A DNA stretch of 64,000 nt, taken from contig DAHXMV010000002.1 in the NCBI GenBank assembly GCA_027371535.1, positions 3,494-67,493 of the forward strand, given 5' to 3'. The notes under the pieces are model-generated. The model did not search any database, was not told the DNA's origin, and worked only from the letters and a program-made list of their open reading frames with translations. Below, piece after piece: positions 40,358 through 50,767 of this stretch. The stretch comes from Candidatus Amesbacteria bacterium. Its GTDB lineage: Bacteria > Patescibacteriota > Microgenomatia > CAZETR01 > Amesbacteraceae. The translations under genes and the position numbers were made by a program. Position 1 is the first letter of the stretch. Every line of letters starts with the position of its first letter.

Positions 40358-41263
40358 TCAAGAATGGGAGAATTCTTCGAGGAGCTGGCGCTGGCGGCCT
40401 GACAGATGCTCGGGGAATTTGATAAGGAAACGGATATAGAAGTCCCCGCGGTCGGATTTCCGGAAAGAATTAAGTTTCGGAGCTCCCTGACCGCTTAATC
40501 TCACGGTAGTTCCGGGCTGGGTGGCGGGACGGATTTTGAGTTTCAAATCCCCGTCAAGGGTGGTAACCGATGTTTCTCCACCCAGAATAGCCTGGGTAAA
40601 GGGGATTTCCTTATCCATATATATATCCGCCCCCTCACGCTTGAAAACCGAATGGGGTTCGACCTCGAAAGTAATATCAAAGTCGGAAAATCTCAGGTGG
40701 GTACCGGTATCGGCGCCCGCCGGAACTTTAATGGTATGGTTTTTGTTATCGATGGTGACAGATTCCGTGCCGCCCCTAACAGCAGTCATGAAGGGAATTT
40801 TTAGCGAATAGTGGGGTTTTTTCTGGGCCTGGCGACCAAAAGGATTGGCTCCGCCGAAAAACTGTTCGAAAATCTCAAAAGGATCGGAAAACCCGCCCAT
40901 ATCCCCAAAAGGATTACCCCCACCCGATGTATAGTAGTAGGTCTGATAACCACCCTGGCCGGGGGTTTGGCGGCCAAAACCGGAAAAATCGAATCCGCCG
41001 AAGGGGTTGGCCCCACCAGCTCCGCCGCCCATGGAGGGATCGAAGGCAGCGTGGCCAAACTGGTCATAGGCTGACTTTTTACGGGGATCGGAAAGCACCT
41101 GATAAGCTTCATTGATTTCTTTGAACTTGCTTTCGGCATCCGGAGATTTATTGCGGTCAGGGTGCCATTCCAAGGCTAACTTGCGGTAGGCACTTTTGAG
41201 CTCGGCCGCAGAGGCATTTTTGGTAACCCCTAAGACGTCATAATAATCGCGTTTGGTGGCCAT
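40358..41263 (-). CDS. DnaJ-class chaperone, type II (J domain + G/F region + C-terminal domains, no zinc-finger repeats); CbpA-like
   Basis: 301 aa. J domain YYDVLGV..HPDRN, Gly/Phe-rich linker, no CxxCxGxG repeats. Confidence 0.85.
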   Translation of the reverse strand: MATKRDYYDVLGVTKNASAAELKSAYRKLALEWHPDRNKSPDAESKFKEINEAYQVLSDPRKKSAYDQFGHAAFDPSMGGGAGGANPFGGFDFSGFGRQTPGQGGYQTYYYTSGGGNPFGDMGGFSDPFEIFEQFFGGANPFGRQAQKKPHYSLKIPFMTAVRGGTESVTIDNKNHTIKVPAGADTGTHLRFSDFDITFEVEPHSVFKREGADIYMDKEIPFTQAILGGETSVTTLDGDLKLKIRPATQPGTTVRLSGQGAPKLNSFRKSDRGDFYIRFLIKFPEHLSGRQRQLLEEFSHS

Positions 41264-41318
41264 GCAAAATGTATTTTACTACTGGCAGTTAAGTAACGCG
41301 AGTGCTAAGATCGGCCCA

Positions 41319-41588
41319 ATGGCAGACATAAAAAAGACGGAAGAAGCCGGCGAGCCGGAAGTCCGGGTAAACATCGCCGGAAATCAGCCGGTATTGTATA
41401 CGGATTCAGTATTCATTACGGCCGGGAAATTCGGGGTGGTACTGGATTTCGCCCAGACGATGGGAGCCACCAACCAGCAAAATGTAGTGGCCAGGATAGG
41501 CATGTCGAAGGAGCATGCCCTGGCATTAATGAACATTCTGGAAAAAAAGTTAAAAGAAACTTTCGGAGTCAAAAGTGAAAAAAATTGA
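41319..41588 (+). CDS. DUF3467-like small protein
   Basis: About 90 aa from the internal Met. Block NIAGNQPVLYTDSVFITAGKFGVVLDF resembles the DUF3467 family. Confidence 0.45.
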   Translation: MADIKKTEEAGEPEVRVNIAGNQPVLYTDSVFITAGKFGVVLDFAQTMGATNQQNVVARIGMSKEHALALMNILEKKLKETFGVKSEKN

Positions 41589-42254
41589 ACAAACCATCAT
41601 AAATTTGGCTTTATTGGTGGCCCGGGAAGGGGCCAAAAGATTAGATAGTGAAAGAGAGATGGGAAGAAATATTGCCGAGATAGCCAGCGAACAAACACGG
41701 GCTATGTACCAAAGCGGCAGCGAAGTCTTAAGTCCCGGGGCGAGAAGGTAAAAATTGATCCCGGATGGTAAAATATATGTATGGGACCAGAAATATTATT
41801 ATTCGCTGCAAAAGGGATCGGCGCTTTAAATCAAGACGCCTTGGGTGACGCGATGGAGAGACGGATAAGGGAAATAACCGGAATCAAGAAAAGAGAAAAC
41901 GAAGCCATGAATTTGTTTTTTGCAGTCATGGCCAGAAACGGGAAGACCGGAAGTACACCAATTTGACGCTTTAGGAAAGGAATGATACCGTGGGCGAATG
42001 AATCCGAGGGAAATTGAAGAGACATTAACCAGAATATCAATATACAAACAGAATGTACGGGAAATTTGGAGCAAGAGATACGGGATCTCGTTTTTGTTCG
42101 GCGGGAGAACGGACGACATTTTATTTAAAATGCTGATGTCATATACTGAAATAGGCAGGGTGGCATCGTTTAGTCTAAAGGACTTGTTATCGGACAGGAA
42201 CAGAAAGAGTTCAGGGTTGTTGAGAGAAAATAAGTCTGCTAAAATCTGACAGTC

Positions 42255-44402
42255 ATGGCAGCAGGAGATATTAAAACCACCAACAGAATAGTTCCCTTGG
42301 ATCATGTCCGGAATATCGGCATTATTGCCCATATCGACGCCGGAAAAACCACCACGACCGAAAGAATTCTGTATTACACGGGCAAGTCTTACAAAATCGG
42401 AGACATTGATGAAGGCACCACTCAAATGGACTGGATGGCCCAGGAACGGGAAAGAGGAATTACCATAGTGTCGGCGGCCACCACCACTTTCTGGACAGTG
42501 CAAGACACAAACTCCCCCGTGGGAAACGATTCCTTCAGGATAAATATTATTGATACACCCGGACATGTGGATTTCACGGCAGAAGTAGAAAGGTCCCTGA
42601 GAGTTTTAGACGGGGCGGTGACGGTATTGGATGCCGAAGAAACAGTGCAATCGCAGACAGAAACCGTATGGAGACAGGCGGATAAATATAAAGTACCCCG
42701 GATAATATTTGTGAATAAAAATGACAAACTGGGGGCAAATTTTGAAGGTACAATAAAGGCCATTATTGACAGGCTGGGGGCAAATCCGGCAGTGATGGCT
42801 TACCCGATAGGCGCTGAACAGGCATTCAGGGGAATAGTCCTATTGCTTGAAAGAAAGGCTTTAATCTGGCAGGGGGATGAAACGGGAGCCAAATACACAG
42901 AGGAAGAAATACCGGCGGAAGTGAAAGACAAGGTGGAAACCTGGAGAGCCAAACTCATCGAGCAGATCTGTGAAACCGATGATGAATTGTTAACCAAATT
43001 TCTAAACGGTGAGGAACCAACAGTAGCGGAGATGAAAAAGGCGTTAAGAAAAGCCGTGATTGCCTATAAATTAGTACCGGTGTACGCGGGAGCATCGCTG
43101 CGAAACAAGGGGGTGCAGCCGATGCTGGATGCGATTGTAGAGTACCTTCCCTCTCCTGTCGATGTGGATCATGTCAAAGGGACCGATCCCGTAACAGGAG
43201 AAGAAATTGTCAGAAAAACCATAAATGAAGCCCCAATGGCCGGACTGGCATTCAAAATCCAGGCGGATCCGCATGTGGGAAGGCTGACGTACTTCCGGAT
43301 TTATTCAGGGACAGTGAAGTCCGGACAGGCAATCTGGAACGCATCCAAACAAAAAGAAGAAAGAGTGTCGCGGATGCTTCTGATGCATGCCAATAAAAGA
43401 GAGGAAATCGACCAGGCATATGCGGGGGAGATTGTGGCTTTGGTAGGCCTGAGAGAGACTACCACGGGAAACACCCTCTGCGACAAAAACAACCCGATTT
43501 TACTGGAATCCATATCTTTCCCGGAGCCGGTGATATCCTTGGCGATTGAACCAAAAACCAAATCCGACCAGGAAAAGATGGGCCTCGCTCTAAACAAACT
43601 GGGTGACGAGGACCCGACTTTCCGAATTAAAACCAATCACGAAACCGGACAGACAATCATTTCGGGAATGGGTGAACTGCATCTGGAAATTATTGTGGAC
43701 CGGATGAAAAGAGAATTCGGGGTAGAGGCGGCTACAGGAGCACCCCAGGTAGCTTATAAAGAGACTGTCAAGAAAAAGGCCGAAGGCGAGGGCAAATATA
43801 TCCGGCAATCGGGGGGCCGGGGACAATACGGGCATTGTTTTATATATGTGGAGCCGTTAACAAGGGGAACGGGATATGAATGGGAAAATGCGATCAAAGG
43901 AGGAGCCATTCCCGGGGAATTTATCCCGGCAATCGAAAAAGGGATCAAGGAAGCGATGGAAAACGGATTTCTGGCCGGATTCCCCATGGTAGATGTGAAA
44001 GTTACCCTGTTTGACGGGACATATCACGATGTAGACTCCTCTGAAATGGCGTTCAAAATTGCCGGTTCGATGGCCATCCAGGCAGCCGTGAAGAAGGCGG
44101 ATATGATTCTCCTGGAGCCAATCATGAAAGTGGAAGTGTCCACACCGGATGAATTTATGGGCGAGGTAATCGGAGATTTATCTTCAAAAAGAGCCCAAAT
44201 ACTGGGGACTGATAAAAGAGGGCATTTAACCATAGTCAACGCGTATGTACCACTGGCCGAACTGTCAGGATATGCGACTAAATTAAGATCACTGACACAG
44301 GGACGGGCGTCTTACTACATGGAGCCGTCACATTATGAGGAAGTACCGAAAAATATTGCCGAGGGAATAATTGCCAAGAGCGGAAAAAACGCGGCCAGTT
44401 AG
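42255..44402 (+). CDS. fusA: elongation factor G
   Basis: 715 aa. [27 protein letters not shown], and domains II–V. Confidence 0.97.
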   Translation: MAAGDIKTTNRIVPLDHVRNIGIIAHIDAGKTTTTERILYYTGKSYKIGDIDEGTTQMDWMAQERERGITIVSAATTTFWTVQDTNSPVGNDSFRINIIDTPGHVDFTAEVERSLRVLDGAVTVLDAEETVQSQTETVWRQADKYKVPRIIFVNKNDKLGANFEGTIKAIIDRLGANPAVMAYPIGAEQAFRGIVLLLERKALIWQGDETGAKYTEEEIPAEVKDKVETWRAKLIEQICETDDELLTKFLNGEEPTVAEMKKALRKAVIAYKLVPVYAGASLRNKGVQPMLDAIVEYLPSPVDVDHVKGTDPVTGEEIVRKTINEAPMAGLAFKIQADPHVGRLTYFRIYSGTVKSGQAIWNASKQKEERVSRMLLMHANKREEIDQAYAGEIVALVGLRETTTGNTLCDKNNPILLESISFPEPVISLAIEPKTKSDQEKMGLALNKLGDEDPTFRIKTNHETGQTIISGMGELHLEIIVDRMKREFGVEAATGAPQVAYKETVKKKAEGEGKYIRQSGGRGQYGHCFIYVEPLTRGTGYEWENAIKGGAIPGEFIPAIEKGIKEAMENGFLAGFPMVDVKVTLFDGTYHDVDSSEMAFKIAGSMAIQAAVKKADMILLEPIMKVEVSTPDEFMGEVIGDLSSKRAQILGTDKRGHLTIVNAYVPLAELSGYATKLRSLTQGRASYYMEPSHYEEVPKNIAEGIIAKSGKNAAS

Positions 44403-44404
44403 GT

Positions 44405-44809
44405 TTACTTTCCTTTGGGTAATAATTTGTCTAAATCGGTTTTTTGTCCTTGAGTCAGGTCTATTGTCGCTTTAAAAGAAAGAGTGCCAATTTTTCTGCC
44501 GTTTTGGAAAATACCTACCCCCGCCCGATTTTCCGCGAACTTATCGTCTCTTTCTGGAACTGACATTGTAAAGCCTGCTTTCTCGACTGCTGTTCTTAAC
44601 ATCTCGAAGCTGGAGTAAGATTGATTCATAAAATTTCCTAAAGGATTACCTTGAATAAAACCTGCCGTAGAGGACGAATCAACAGTCAGATTTGCACCCT
44701 GAATGGTTGAATGCTTTTTCTCAGGGGCTGATAGTTCTAACGAGGGACTTCTTGGCTTTAATAGATTCCGAATTCTACCCATTAAACCACCTTCGGATGT
44801 TTCTGTCAT
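44405..44809 (-). CDS. hypothetical protein (part of fusA–tuf insert)
   Basis: 134-aa ORF on the opposite strand between fusA and tuf. No family recognised. Confidence 0.4.
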   Translation of the reverse strand: MTETSEGGLMGRIRNLLKPRSPSLELSAPEKKHSTIQGANLTVDSSSTAGFIQGNPLGNFMNQSYSSFEMLRTAVEKAGFTMSVPERDDKFAENRAGVGIFQNGRKIGTLSFKATIDLTQGQKTDLDKLLPKGK

Positions 44810-44826
44810 ATAATTATTATAACAAA

Positions 44827-45453
44827 ATGAAAATTTCAGACATTTACTCGGAATATATGATACCTAAAAATTTGGGAGAGCATATGTTGAGGGTAGCCGG
44901 GGTGCTAAAAGTTACCGCTGATAATTGGACCGGCGAAAAATTGCATAATGAAGCGTTGATTATAGCCGGCTGTCTTCATGATCTGGCCAAACCGATGACT
45001 TTTGATTTAGCCAAATAAGCGCAGTTCGGAATGTCAGAATCTGAAATTAATGGCCTGGATCGGCTACAAAAAAGATTAAGGGGAAAATACGGGGATAATG
45101 AGCATGAGGCCACGGTGGGATTATGCCGGGATTTGGGTTGTGATGACATGACGGTTCGAATTGTGAATAATTTAGAATGGGCGTATATACCCAGATTGTT
45201 TTCGGAAAGCGAAACTGAGTCCTTATTGGCTATATATAGAGATATGAGAATCGGACCAAGAAGCATATTACTTTTAATAGACCGGTTAACAGATTTGAAA
45301 AACAGAACTAACGCCGATGAATTTGAGCAAAATGTGGCGAACGGAAACAAATTGGAAAATTTTATTCAGGAAAACGTGTCAATTAATTTAAATGAGATAT
45401 CGGAAGAAAAAATTGACAGTTATTTTGAGACACTGAGAAATATTGAAATATAA
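44827..45453 (+). pseudogene. HD-domain phosphohydrolase interrupted by an in-frame TAA (45016-45018)
   Basis: The N-terminal piece carries H...HD motifs (GEHMLRVAGV, AGCLHDLAKP). The same frame continues after TAA into a 140-aa ORF. Combined length is about 208 aa, a full HD domain. Confidence 0.55.
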
Positions 45454-45455
45454 CC

Positions 45456-46013
45456 ATGACAGTTCTGATACTGCACGGAATCGGGGGACATGCGGGAATG
45501 CATTGGCAACAGTGGTTATATGATGAGTTGATGAAACGGGGTTACCAGGTAATCATGCCGACAATGCCCGGGGCCGGACATCCGGACAGAAAAGAGTGGC
45601 TGCTGACGGTAAAAAATCTGATAAGAGATATCCCGGCAAAAGAATTAATTATAGTGACGCATTCTTTGGGAGCGGCGACGGCGATGGATTATCTGGAGCA
45701 GGCAAAGGAAAGGGTTTTAGGGTTAGTATGCGTGTCACCGGCGGTATTTGATTACGGGGCTGAATTGAACAGTTATTTCCTCAAAGAAAAAGACATTAAT
45801 TTTGAAAAAGTAAATAAAAATTTAGAAAAAGCGGAAGTGTTTTACGGAGACAACGACCCGTATGTGCCGCAGGAAAAACTGGAATTGGCGGCAAAAAGTT
45901 TTAATGCTAAACCGCAAATAGTTCCCAACGGGGGTCATTTAAATGCAATGGCGGGGTTCACAGAATTTCCGGAATTATTAAAGACGATTACGGATAATTT
46001 CCCTATTGCATAA
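45456..46013 (+). CDS. alpha/beta-fold serine hydrolase (RBBP9/YdeN family)
   Basis: 185 aa. ILHGIGG, nucleophile elbow THSLGA, C-terminal GGHLN. Confidence 0.7.
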   Translation: MTVLILHGIGGHAGMHWQQWLYDELMKRGYQVIMPTMPGAGHPDRKEWLLTVKNLIRDIPAKELIIVTHSLGAATAMDYLEQAKERVLGLVCVSPAVFDYGAELNSYFLKEKDINFEKVNKNLEKAEVFYGDNDPYVPQEKLELAAKSFNAKPQIVPNGGHLNAMAGFTEFPELLKTITDNFPIA

Positions 46014-46051
46014 AAATCGACGCTCATTTAGAATTTAGTGCAGTCAAAAAT

Positions 46052-47230
46052 ATGGCCACATTTGTAAGAAATAAACCACACGTCAATATCGGAACTATCG
46101 GTCACGTGGATCACGGGAAGACTACCCTGACCTCGGCGATTACCATGGTGCTGGCCAAGAAGGGCATGGCTGTGGCCAAGAAATACGAAGATATTGATTC
46201 TGCCCCCGAAGAAAGAGCCAGAGGAGTGACTATTAACCTGTCACACCAGGAATACGAAACAGAAAAACGGCATTATGCCCACATCGATGCCCCGGGGCAT
46301 GCCGATTACATCAAAAACATGATTACCGGTGCGGCCCAAATGGACGGAGCCATTCTGGTGGTATCCGCTCCGGACGGCCCGATGCCACAGACCAGGGAAC
46401 ACATTCTGTTGGCCAAACAAGTAAACGTTCCGGCAATTGTGGTCTTCATGAATAAAGTGGATATGGTGGATGATCCGCAGCTATTGGATCTGGTGGAAAT
46501 GGAAGTCAGGGAACTCTTAACCAAATACGGATATCCCGGTGACGAAGTACCGGTAATCCGCGGTTCAGCCCTGAAAGCGACAGAAGGCGATCCGAAAGCC
46601 GAAGAGCAAATTATGGAGCTGATGAAGAAAGTGGATGAATATATTCCCACCCCGGTCCGGGAATTGGAAAAGCCTTTCCTGATGCCGGTTGAGGACGTAT
46701 TTTCCATCAAGGGCCGCGGAACAGTAGTAACCGGGAGAATTTCCAGAGGAAAAGTCAAAGTAAATGAGACGGTGGAAATTGTTGGACTGAAACCCACCCA
46801 GAGTACGGTCGTTACCGGAGTAGAGATGTTCCGGAAACAACTGGATGAGGGCCAGGCGGGAGACAACGTAGGGTTACTTTTAAGAGGCATTGAAAAGGAC
46901 AAAGTCGAAAGAGGGCAAGTGATTGCCAAACCGGGATCAATCACCCCGCATACAGAGTTCGAGGCCCAGGTGTATATATTAAAGAAAGAGGAGGGAGGGC
47001 GGCACACAGCCTTCTTTACCGGTTACAGACCACAATTTTATATCGGAACTACGGACGTGACCGGCGAAGTGACTCTGCCACAGGGAGTGGAAATGGTAAT
47101 GCCCGGAGATAACGCCAAGATGAAAATCAAGCTGATTGCTCCTGTAGCGATGGAGGAAGGCTTAAGATTCGCCATCCGCGAGGGCGGCAAGACGGTCGGA
47201 GCCGGAGCAGTGGTAAAGATTGTCGCATAG
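46052..47230 (+). CDS. tuf: elongation factor Tu
   Basis: 392 aa. [22 protein letters not shown]. Essentially canonical EF-Tu. Confidence 0.98.
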   Translation: MATFVRNKPHVNIGTIGHVDHGKTTLTSAITMVLAKKGMAVAKKYEDIDSAPEERARGVTINLSHQEYETEKRHYAHIDAPGHADYIKNMITGAAQMDGAILVVSAPDGPMPQTREHILLAKQVNVPAIVVFMNKVDMVDDPQLLDLVEMEVRELLTKYGYPGDEVPVIRGSALKATEGDPKAEEQIMELMKKVDEYIPTPVRELEKPFLMPVEDVFSIKGRGTVVTGRISRGKVKVNETVEIVGLKPTQSTVVTGVEMFRKQLDEGQAGDNVGLLLRGIEKDKVERGQVIAKPGSITPHTEFEAQVYILKKEEGGRHTAFFTGYRPQFYIGTTDVTGEVTLPQGVEMVMPGDNAKMKIKLIAPVAMEEGLRFAIREGGKTVGAGAVVKIVA

Positions 47231-47257
47231 CGGATCAGACAAAAGCCTGATATAATA

Positions 47258-47280
47258 GACGGTAGGACCGTTATTTTTTT
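47258..47280 (+). terminator. weak intrinsic terminator/attenuator after tuf (short stem + U7)
   Basis: gacggt-agg-accgtt followed by atttttttt, 28 nt after the tuf stop. Confidence 0.35.
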
Positions 47281-47290
47281 GCTCATTTAT

Positions 47291-47599
47291 ATGGCAAAGG
47301 GAAGACTAAGAGTCAAACTAAAATCATTTGACCACCGCGTATTAGACGAAGCGGCGGCCAAGATATTGGAAGCAGCGTTTTCAACCGGCGCAAAAATTGT
47401 GGGCCCGGTCCCCTTGCCTACCGACAGAAAAATGTTTTCGGTGACTACTTCCCCGCATACAGATAAGGACGCCCAGGACCATTACGAAATGCTGGTGCAT
47501 AAAAGAATGATTGATATTGTTGATCCGACGGGAAAAACGATTGATACGCTGTCTCATCTGGATTTGCCGGCGGGAGTGGACATTGAAGTAAAAATGTAA
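47291..47599 (+). CDS. rpsJ: 30S ribosomal protein S10
   Basis: Start taken at MAKGRLRVKLKSFDH; the ORF track begins 4 codons earlier at TTG. Matches S10 (RIRLKAFDH...GPIPLPT). Confidence 0.95.
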   Translation: MAKGRLRVKLKSFDHRVLDEAAAKILEAAFSTGAKIVGPVPLPTDRKMFSVTTSPHTDKDAQDHYEMLVHKRMIDIVDPTGKTIDTLSHLDLPAGVDIEVKM

Positions 47600-47728
47600 A
47601 TTTCCGGGTCGGACCCGTGGCGGTTGCGCAGGCTAGGTGAAGGTGATAGAATACAGGCTGTCTGTGGGCAGAGAAAATTGCCTTAATTATTGCTCATAAG
47701 GGTGATCGAAAGGCTGTACTTGAAAATG

Positions 47729-47752
47729 AAAGTGCCTTCCGGCACTTTTTTT
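47729..47752 (+). terminator. intrinsic terminator-like hairpin (8-bp stem aaagtgcc/ggcacttt, loop ttcc) + U-run ending 10 nt before rplC ATG
   Basis: Read directly at 47729-47748, followed by ttttttgttg. Lies in the 160-nt rpsJ–rplC spacer. Confidence 0.5.
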
Positions 47753-47761
47753 GTTGTCTTA

Positions 47762-48340
47762 ATGATCTCAACCTTTTTTGCCAGAAAAATAAAAATGACC
47801 GGTAAATATACACCGGAAGGAAATTATGTGGGGTCAACCATTATGGATATACCAGAGATGACTGTGAAGGACCTGAGGACGAAGGAGAAGAACGGATATG
47901 CAGCAATAAGAATCAAAGTTCAAAGCCCAAAATCAAAAAAGGAAGTTATCAGGGAGATCAGAACTAATGAAATTTTGGAGCCGGGGACGGAAATTAAATT
48001 CGAAGAACTGGTTAAGGTAGGAGATAAGGTTAAAGTTACCGGGATCTCCAAAGGAAAAGGATTTGCCGGAGCGGTAAAAAGATATAAATTTCAAGGAGGT
48101 CCGAGAACCCACGGGCAGTCGGACAGGGAAAGAGCCCCGGGATCGTCAGGATCCACCACAACTCCGGGCAGGGTATTTCCGGGAACCAGAAGAGCGGGAC
48201 ATATGGGGGTAGATACGGTTTCCGTCAAAGGACTGAAAGTGATGGAAGTTGATCCCGCTAACAGACGGGTGACCTTGGGCGGAGCGGTACCGGGTTATAA
48301 CGGAAGCAGGCAGTTAATTACCCTCAATGTCAGACCATGA
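47762..48340 (+). CDS. rplC: 50S ribosomal protein L3
   Basis: MISTFFARKIKMTGKYT aligns with the L3 N-terminus (MKGLLGRKIGMTQIF). Downstream L3 blocks KTKEKNGY, GKGFAGAVKRYKFQGGPRTHGQS. Alternative start at 47795. Confidence 0.85.
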   Translation: MISTFFARKIKMTGKYTPEGNYVGSTIMDIPEMTVKDLRTKEKNGYAAIRIKVQSPKSKKEVIREIRTNEILEPGTEIKFEELVKVGDKVKVTGISKGKGFAGAVKRYKFQGGPRTHGQSDRERAPGSSGSTTTPGRVFPGTRRAGHMGVDTVSVKGLKVMEVDPANRRVTLGGAVPGYNGSRQLITLNVRP

Positions 48341-48963
48341 TTACAGCCACTTCAATTAACAGTAAGGGGGAAACCGGCGAAAAAATAAAACTAACGGATG
48401 AGTTGTGGTCGACAAAAGCCAACCCCAGCCTTTTAGCGCAAAATGTGAGAACGTATTTATCAAATCAGAGACTGGCGCATGCCAAAACCAAAACCCGGGG
48501 GGAAGTAGAAAAAACCACGGCCAAGATGTATAGGCAAAAAGGGACAGGAAGAGCCAGACACGGATCTTATTCCGCTCCGATTTTTGTGGGAGGCGGAATA
48601 GCATTCGGGCCCAAAGGTAACCAAAACTATAAACTGAAAATGAGCAAGCAGCAAACCAGCCTGGCCATCAAAGGGGCTTTAAATGAAAAAGCGACGGGGC
48701 AAAACCTGGTGATTTTAACCGGTAATTTAAAAAACATCGGGAAAACCAAAGATACAGGAGCAATAATGAAAAATTTTAAAGACGTCAAAGGCCGGTTATT
48801 GGTAATTGTGGCCGCAAAAGAAACAGGTTTAGCCAGAGCTTTCAGGAATATGGAAAATGCAGCCGTAATCCGCCCGAACCAATTGAACACTTATCAAATT
48901 CTGAAACATCAAAAATTATTAATGACTGAGGCGGCTTTAGAGGAAACCGGCAAAATTTTATGA
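48337..48963 (+). CDS. rplD: 50S ribosomal protein L4
   Basis: 208 aa. KGTGRARHGS and IFVGGGIAFGPK motifs. Confidence 0.95.
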   Translation: MITATSINSKGETGEKIKLTDELWSTKANPSLLAQNVRTYLSNQRLAHAKTKTRGEVEKTTAKMYRQKGTGRARHGSYSAPIFVGGGIAFGPKGNQNYKLKMSKQQTSLAIKGALNEKATGQNLVILTGNLKNIGKTKDTGAIMKNFKDVKGRLLVIVAAKETGLARAFRNMENAAVIRPNQLNTYQILKHQKLLMTEAALEETGKIL

Positions 48964-49250
48964 AACTGATTAAACCGCTAATCACGGAGAAATCCATCGC
49001 CCAAACGGCGAAAAAGAAATTTACTTTTCAGGTGGAAGTAGATTCCAGCAAGCCGGAAATTAAAAAGGAAATTGAAAAGGCCTTCAAAGTCAATGTTCTG
49101 GATATAAAAACATCCATCCAGCATGGCCGGGTATACAGAACCGGTCGCAAATGGACCACCAGATACCACAGTGACCGGAAAAAGGCCGTAGTAACCATTA
49201 AACCTGATCAAAATATCGATTTATTTGAAGTCACCCAAACCGGGAAATGA
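48960..49250 (+). CDS. rplW: 50S ribosomal protein L23
   Basis: 96 aa. Position and L23-like sequence (ITEKS..FQV, KKEIEKAFKVNV). Confidence 0.9.
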   Translation: MKLIKPLITEKSIAQTAKKKFTFQVEVDSSKPEIKKEIEKAFKVNVLDIKTSIQHGRVYRTGRKWTTRYHSDRKKAVVTIKPDQNIDLFEVTQTGK

Positions 49251-50080
49251 ATATGGCCTTAAAACTTTATAAACCAGTGACACCGGGAATGCGATTTTCT
49301 TCCGGCATGGATTACTCGGAACTGGCCCATAAACGACCCCAAAGACGGATGGTAAGAATTCTGACTAAGAAATCAGGCAGAAACAGCGAAGGCAAAGTGA
49401 CAACCAGACATCAGGGCGGCAGGGAAAAAAGGTTTTTGCGGGAAATTGACTGGAAAAGAGGCAAAGACGGGGTCCTGGCCCGGGTAGTAGATCTGGAGTA
49501 TGACCCAAACAGGACCGCCAATCTGGCATTATTACAATATGCCGACGGTACAAAAACATATATTCTGGCTCCGGAGGGATTAAAAGCCGGACAACAGGTG
49601 TCAAGCGGTGAAGCGGCACCCCTGGCCCCCGGCAATACACTACCGCTGTCAGCAATTCCCGTGGGAACGATGATTCATAATCTGGAACTGACCCCGGGAA
49701 AGGGAGCCCAGATGGTCAGAAGCGCCGGGTCGTCGGCAATAATTATGGGTTTCGAAGAAACCAGTGCTCTGGTAAAATTACCTTCCGGAGAAATCCGCAG
49801 GTTTACACCCACATGCCGGGCGACTATCGGACAACTGGGTAACGGAGACTGGAAAAACCTGGTTTTAGGAAAAGCCGGCAGAAAAAGACATATGGGGATT
49901 CGGCCGACGGTCCGGGGAACAGCCCAAAACCCCAGATCCCATCCCCACGGCGGCGGTGAAGGAAGAAGCGGCGAAGGCATGCATCCCAAAACTCCGTGGG
50001 GGAAACCCGCCAGGGGCAACAAAACCAGGAAGAAATTCAGATATTCCAATAAATACATTGTAGCCAGGAGGAAAAAATAA
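49247..50080 (+). CDS. rplB: 50S ribosomal protein L2
   Basis: 277 aa. C-terminal [18 protein letters not shown]2 signature. Confidence 0.97.
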   Translation: MNMALKLYKPVTPGMRFSSGMDYSELAHKRPQRRMVRILTKKSGRNSEGKVTTRHQGGREKRFLREIDWKRGKDGVLARVVDLEYDPNRTANLALLQYADGTKTYILAPEGLKAGQQVSSGEAAPLAPGNTLPLSAIPVGTMIHNLELTPGKGAQMVRSAGSSAIIMGFEETSALVKLPSGEIRRFTPTCRATIGQLGNGDWKNLVLGKAGRKRHMGIRPTVRGTAQNPRSHPHGGGEGRSGEGMHPKTPWGKPARGNKTRKKFRYSNKYIVARRKK

Positions 50081-50364
50081 TGGCCAGATCAACCAGAAAA
50101 GGACCATACATAGATGAGAAGTTGTTGGCTAAAGTAGCCAAGCAGAATGCTGTGGGCAAGAAGGAACCGATCAAAACCTGGGCCAGAGCCAGCCAGATTC
50201 CACCGGAGTTTGTGGGGTTTACTTTTTCCGTACATACAGGCAACAAATTCAGTGATGTATTTATAAGTGAGTCGATGGTCGGTCACCGGTTGGGAGAATT
50301 TGCTCCAACCAGGACATTTCGAGGACACGGAGCAATTGTTAAAAGAACCATGGATAAAACCTAA
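50080..50364 (+). CDS. rpsS: 30S ribosomal protein S19
   Basis: 94 aa. [10 protein letters not shown]...[22 protein letters not shown]. Confidence 0.96.
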   Translation: MARSTRKGPYIDEKLLAKVAKQNAVGKKEPIKTWARASQIPPEFVGFTFSVHTGNKFSDVFISESMVGHRLGEFAPTRTFRGHGAIVKRTMDKT

Positions 50365-50368
50365 TAAA

Positions 50369-50767
50369 ATGACGAATAACAAATCACAAATAACAAATAA
50401 CAAAACCGTGGTTGCGAGGGCTAGTTTCGTGAGGTTTTCCCCCCGCAAGCTGAGACTGGTAGCCGACAGCATCCGCGGGCAAAAACCGGATAAAGCCCTG
50501 GAATACCTGAAACTACTGCCCAAAAGATCCGCGCTGACTTTGGCCCATGTCTTTGAACAGGGTATAGCCAACGCGAAAAATAATTTTCAGGTCTCCCCGG
50601 GTGATTTATTCGTGGAATCCCTGCAGGTGGAAGAAGGCCCCAGAGGACCGAAAAAAATGGATAAATCCCACGGAGCCAGGTTTGACCGGGGAATAAAAAG
50701 AAGAAGAATGGCACATATTTATTTAAAATTGGGAGTCAGGGAGGAACACAGTGGGACAAAAAGTTAA
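50369..50767 (+). CDS. rplV: 50S ribosomal protein L22 (N-terminal Asn/Lys-rich extension encoded by a short tandem repeat)
   Basis: ARASFVRFSPRKLRLVADSIRGQ is the L22 signature. ATG at 50369. An alternative GTG start further in is possible. Confidence 0.9.
   Translation: MTNNKSQITNNKTVVARASFVRFSPRKLRLVADSIRGQKPDKALEYLKLLPKRSALTLAHVFEQGIANAKNNFQVSPGDLFVESLQVEEGPRGPKKMDKSHGARFDRGIKRRRMAHIYLKLGVREEHSGTKS

Noticed and set aside
41826-42566. 246-aa minus-strand ORF
   Set aside because: Antisense to the highly conserved fusA N-terminus. Low-complexity and Cys-rich translation with no family, so a shadow ORF.
46306-47007. 233-aa minus-strand ORF
   Set aside because: Antisense to tuf. Ser/Thr-rich mirror-frame artefact of a strongly codon-biased gene.
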